Shown here piece after piece: positions 63,320 through 64,000 of a DNA stretch of 64,000 nucleotides; the first letter of the stretch is position 1; each line of letters begins with the position of its first letter. The notes under the pieces are model-generated. The model had not been told where the DNA came from. It saw only the letters and a list, made by a program, of their open reading frames with translations, and made no database searches. The DNA is taken from assembly GCA_963707985.1 (NCBI GenBank), contig CAVPRW010000032.1, positions 96,001 through 160,000 on the forward strand, written 5' to 3'. A program made the translations under genes and the position numbers. Origin of the DNA: an uncultured Nitrospinota bacterium (GTDB lineage Bacteria; Tectomicrobia; Entotheonellia; J063; CAVPRW01).

Positions 63320-63621
63320 TACACCACCTCGGCATCAATCGTGTCGTACTGGGCATGGGTCCCGATGAATCTGATGAACAACGCTTGTCGCTGGTAATCC
63401 ACTGCGGCGATTAATCGATACTTGTTGCCACCAATATTAAAGACGACCCGATTGTTTTTCAGAATGCTTGCCTGCCGAAACTGGGCCTTAATGTCTTGTG
63501 GGGTGCGCCACTGCGCTTTCCAGGCTTCCGCATACCAGGCTTCCAGCGGCCCTTTGGCATCGGCATACTGGGACGCAGATTCCCAAAACCGCCGCAAGGT
63601 TCGTTTTGCTATCACTCGCAT
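63319..63621 (-). CDS. higB: HigB toxin
   Basis: MRVIAKRTL...VFNIGGNKYRL...FIGTHAQYD. Confidence 0.92.
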   Translation of the reverse strand: MRVIAKRTLRRFWESASQYADAKGPLEAWYAEAWKAQWRTPQDIKAQFRQASILKNNRVVFNIGGNKYRLIAAVDYQRQALFIRFIGTHAQYDTIDAEVV

Positions 63622-63692
63622 ACGCGAGATTATAGGGCGGTCCCATTCCGGGATCAAGATGGTTGAGAGCTGAGAAGTCGAGAGATTTTGGC

Positions 63693-63751
63693 ACCGAACG
63701 CCAGGCCTGAGCCGCGCGCTCCGGCGCGTCGGCTCCAGGCCCTGGTTAGAT
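63693..63751 (-). other. attC site (59 bp)
   Basis: Minus strand ATCTAAC CAGGGCCTGGAGCCGAC...GCGGCTCAGGCCTGGC GTTCGGT. Confidence 0.92.
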
Positions 63752-63775
63752 GCGGATGCTGCTGGCTTCCAGGGA

Positions 63776-64000
63776 CTATGGCTCTTTTGTGAAACCTGCT
63801 TGGACAAAGTGTTGATCGAAGGCAAAGGCGGTACGGATGCCGAACTTCTGCATGACGAGGAAGGAGATGCAATCCGTGAGTGAGTAATTTTTATCATGAT
63901 AGCGCTGGAAATACGTCCAGCCTTCGTAGAATAATGCTGTATCGACAGGAATCAACTGTACGGAGGGACTCTGCAAGAGATGGTTCCCGACTTGCACAGC
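63776..64000 (-). CDS. vapC: PIN-domain (VapC-like) toxin, 5' end outside the window
   Basis: YSLTDCISFLVM...AFAFDQHF. Confidence 0.85.
   Translation of the reverse strand, partial: AVQVGNHLLQSPSVQLIPVDTALFYEGWTYFQRYHDKNYSLTDCISFLVMQKFGIRTAFAFDQHFVQAGFTKEP

Larger units (their letters stand above)
48489..64000 (-). mobile_element. Integron gene-cassette array (integrase and attI not in window)
   Basis: About 15 attC palindromes between co-oriented minus-strand ORFs; in most cassettes the R'' box is complementary to the R' box that opens it. Confidence 0.92.

Noticed and set aside
48489..63751. Recurrent palindromes as a CRISPR array or terminators
   Set aside because: They differ in sequence and length, are separated by whole genes, and show attC R/L box architecture; no cas genes are present.
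63622..63897. N-terminal extension of HigB in the 192-aa ORF call
   Set aside because: It runs through an attC and the vapC gene; the real start is the ATG at 63621.

Overview
This is a high-GC bacterial window; the IS types and gene content are reminiscent of Tectomicrobia/'Entotheonella'-like genomes (inference only). It has four zones. (1) About 1-8.5 kb and 19.7-48.4 kb hold mostly metabolic genes: a glucose dehydrogenase pseudogene, 5-oxoprolinase, VOC proteins, molybdoenzymes, hpaB, msrB, menD, an LLM oxidoreductase, an acyl-CoA ligase, yvcK and a form-II coxSLM-like cluster. (2) About 8.6-19.3 kb is a decayed mobile-element graveyard (IS701-like, IS4-like, IS6, IS1, nested group II introns, a resolvase) that has broken up a conflict-type locus (phosphoesterase-EAD7 and a subtilase). 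(3) 24.4-29.5 kb is an intact-looking cytoplasmic subtilase / gluzincin / MBL-hydrolase operon, a candidate protease-triggered defence system. (4) From 48.5 kb to the window end is an integron gene-cassette array on the minus strand with about 15 attC sites and no integrase in the window. Its cassettes include a DUF4157 polymorphic toxin with immunity protein, four TA modules, a HEPN protein and a PD-(D/E)XK nuclease. The attC sites are parasitised by an IS1111/IS110 element whose downstream non-coding region appears to carry guides matching the attC core, by an ORF-less group IIC intron and by a 95-bp MITE. The array also has unusual compound attC structures with GAT cores. Pseudogenes show an apparent A:T->C:G mutation bias. 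Protein family calls come from motif recognition, not database searches, and isolated frameshifts could be sequencing errors.
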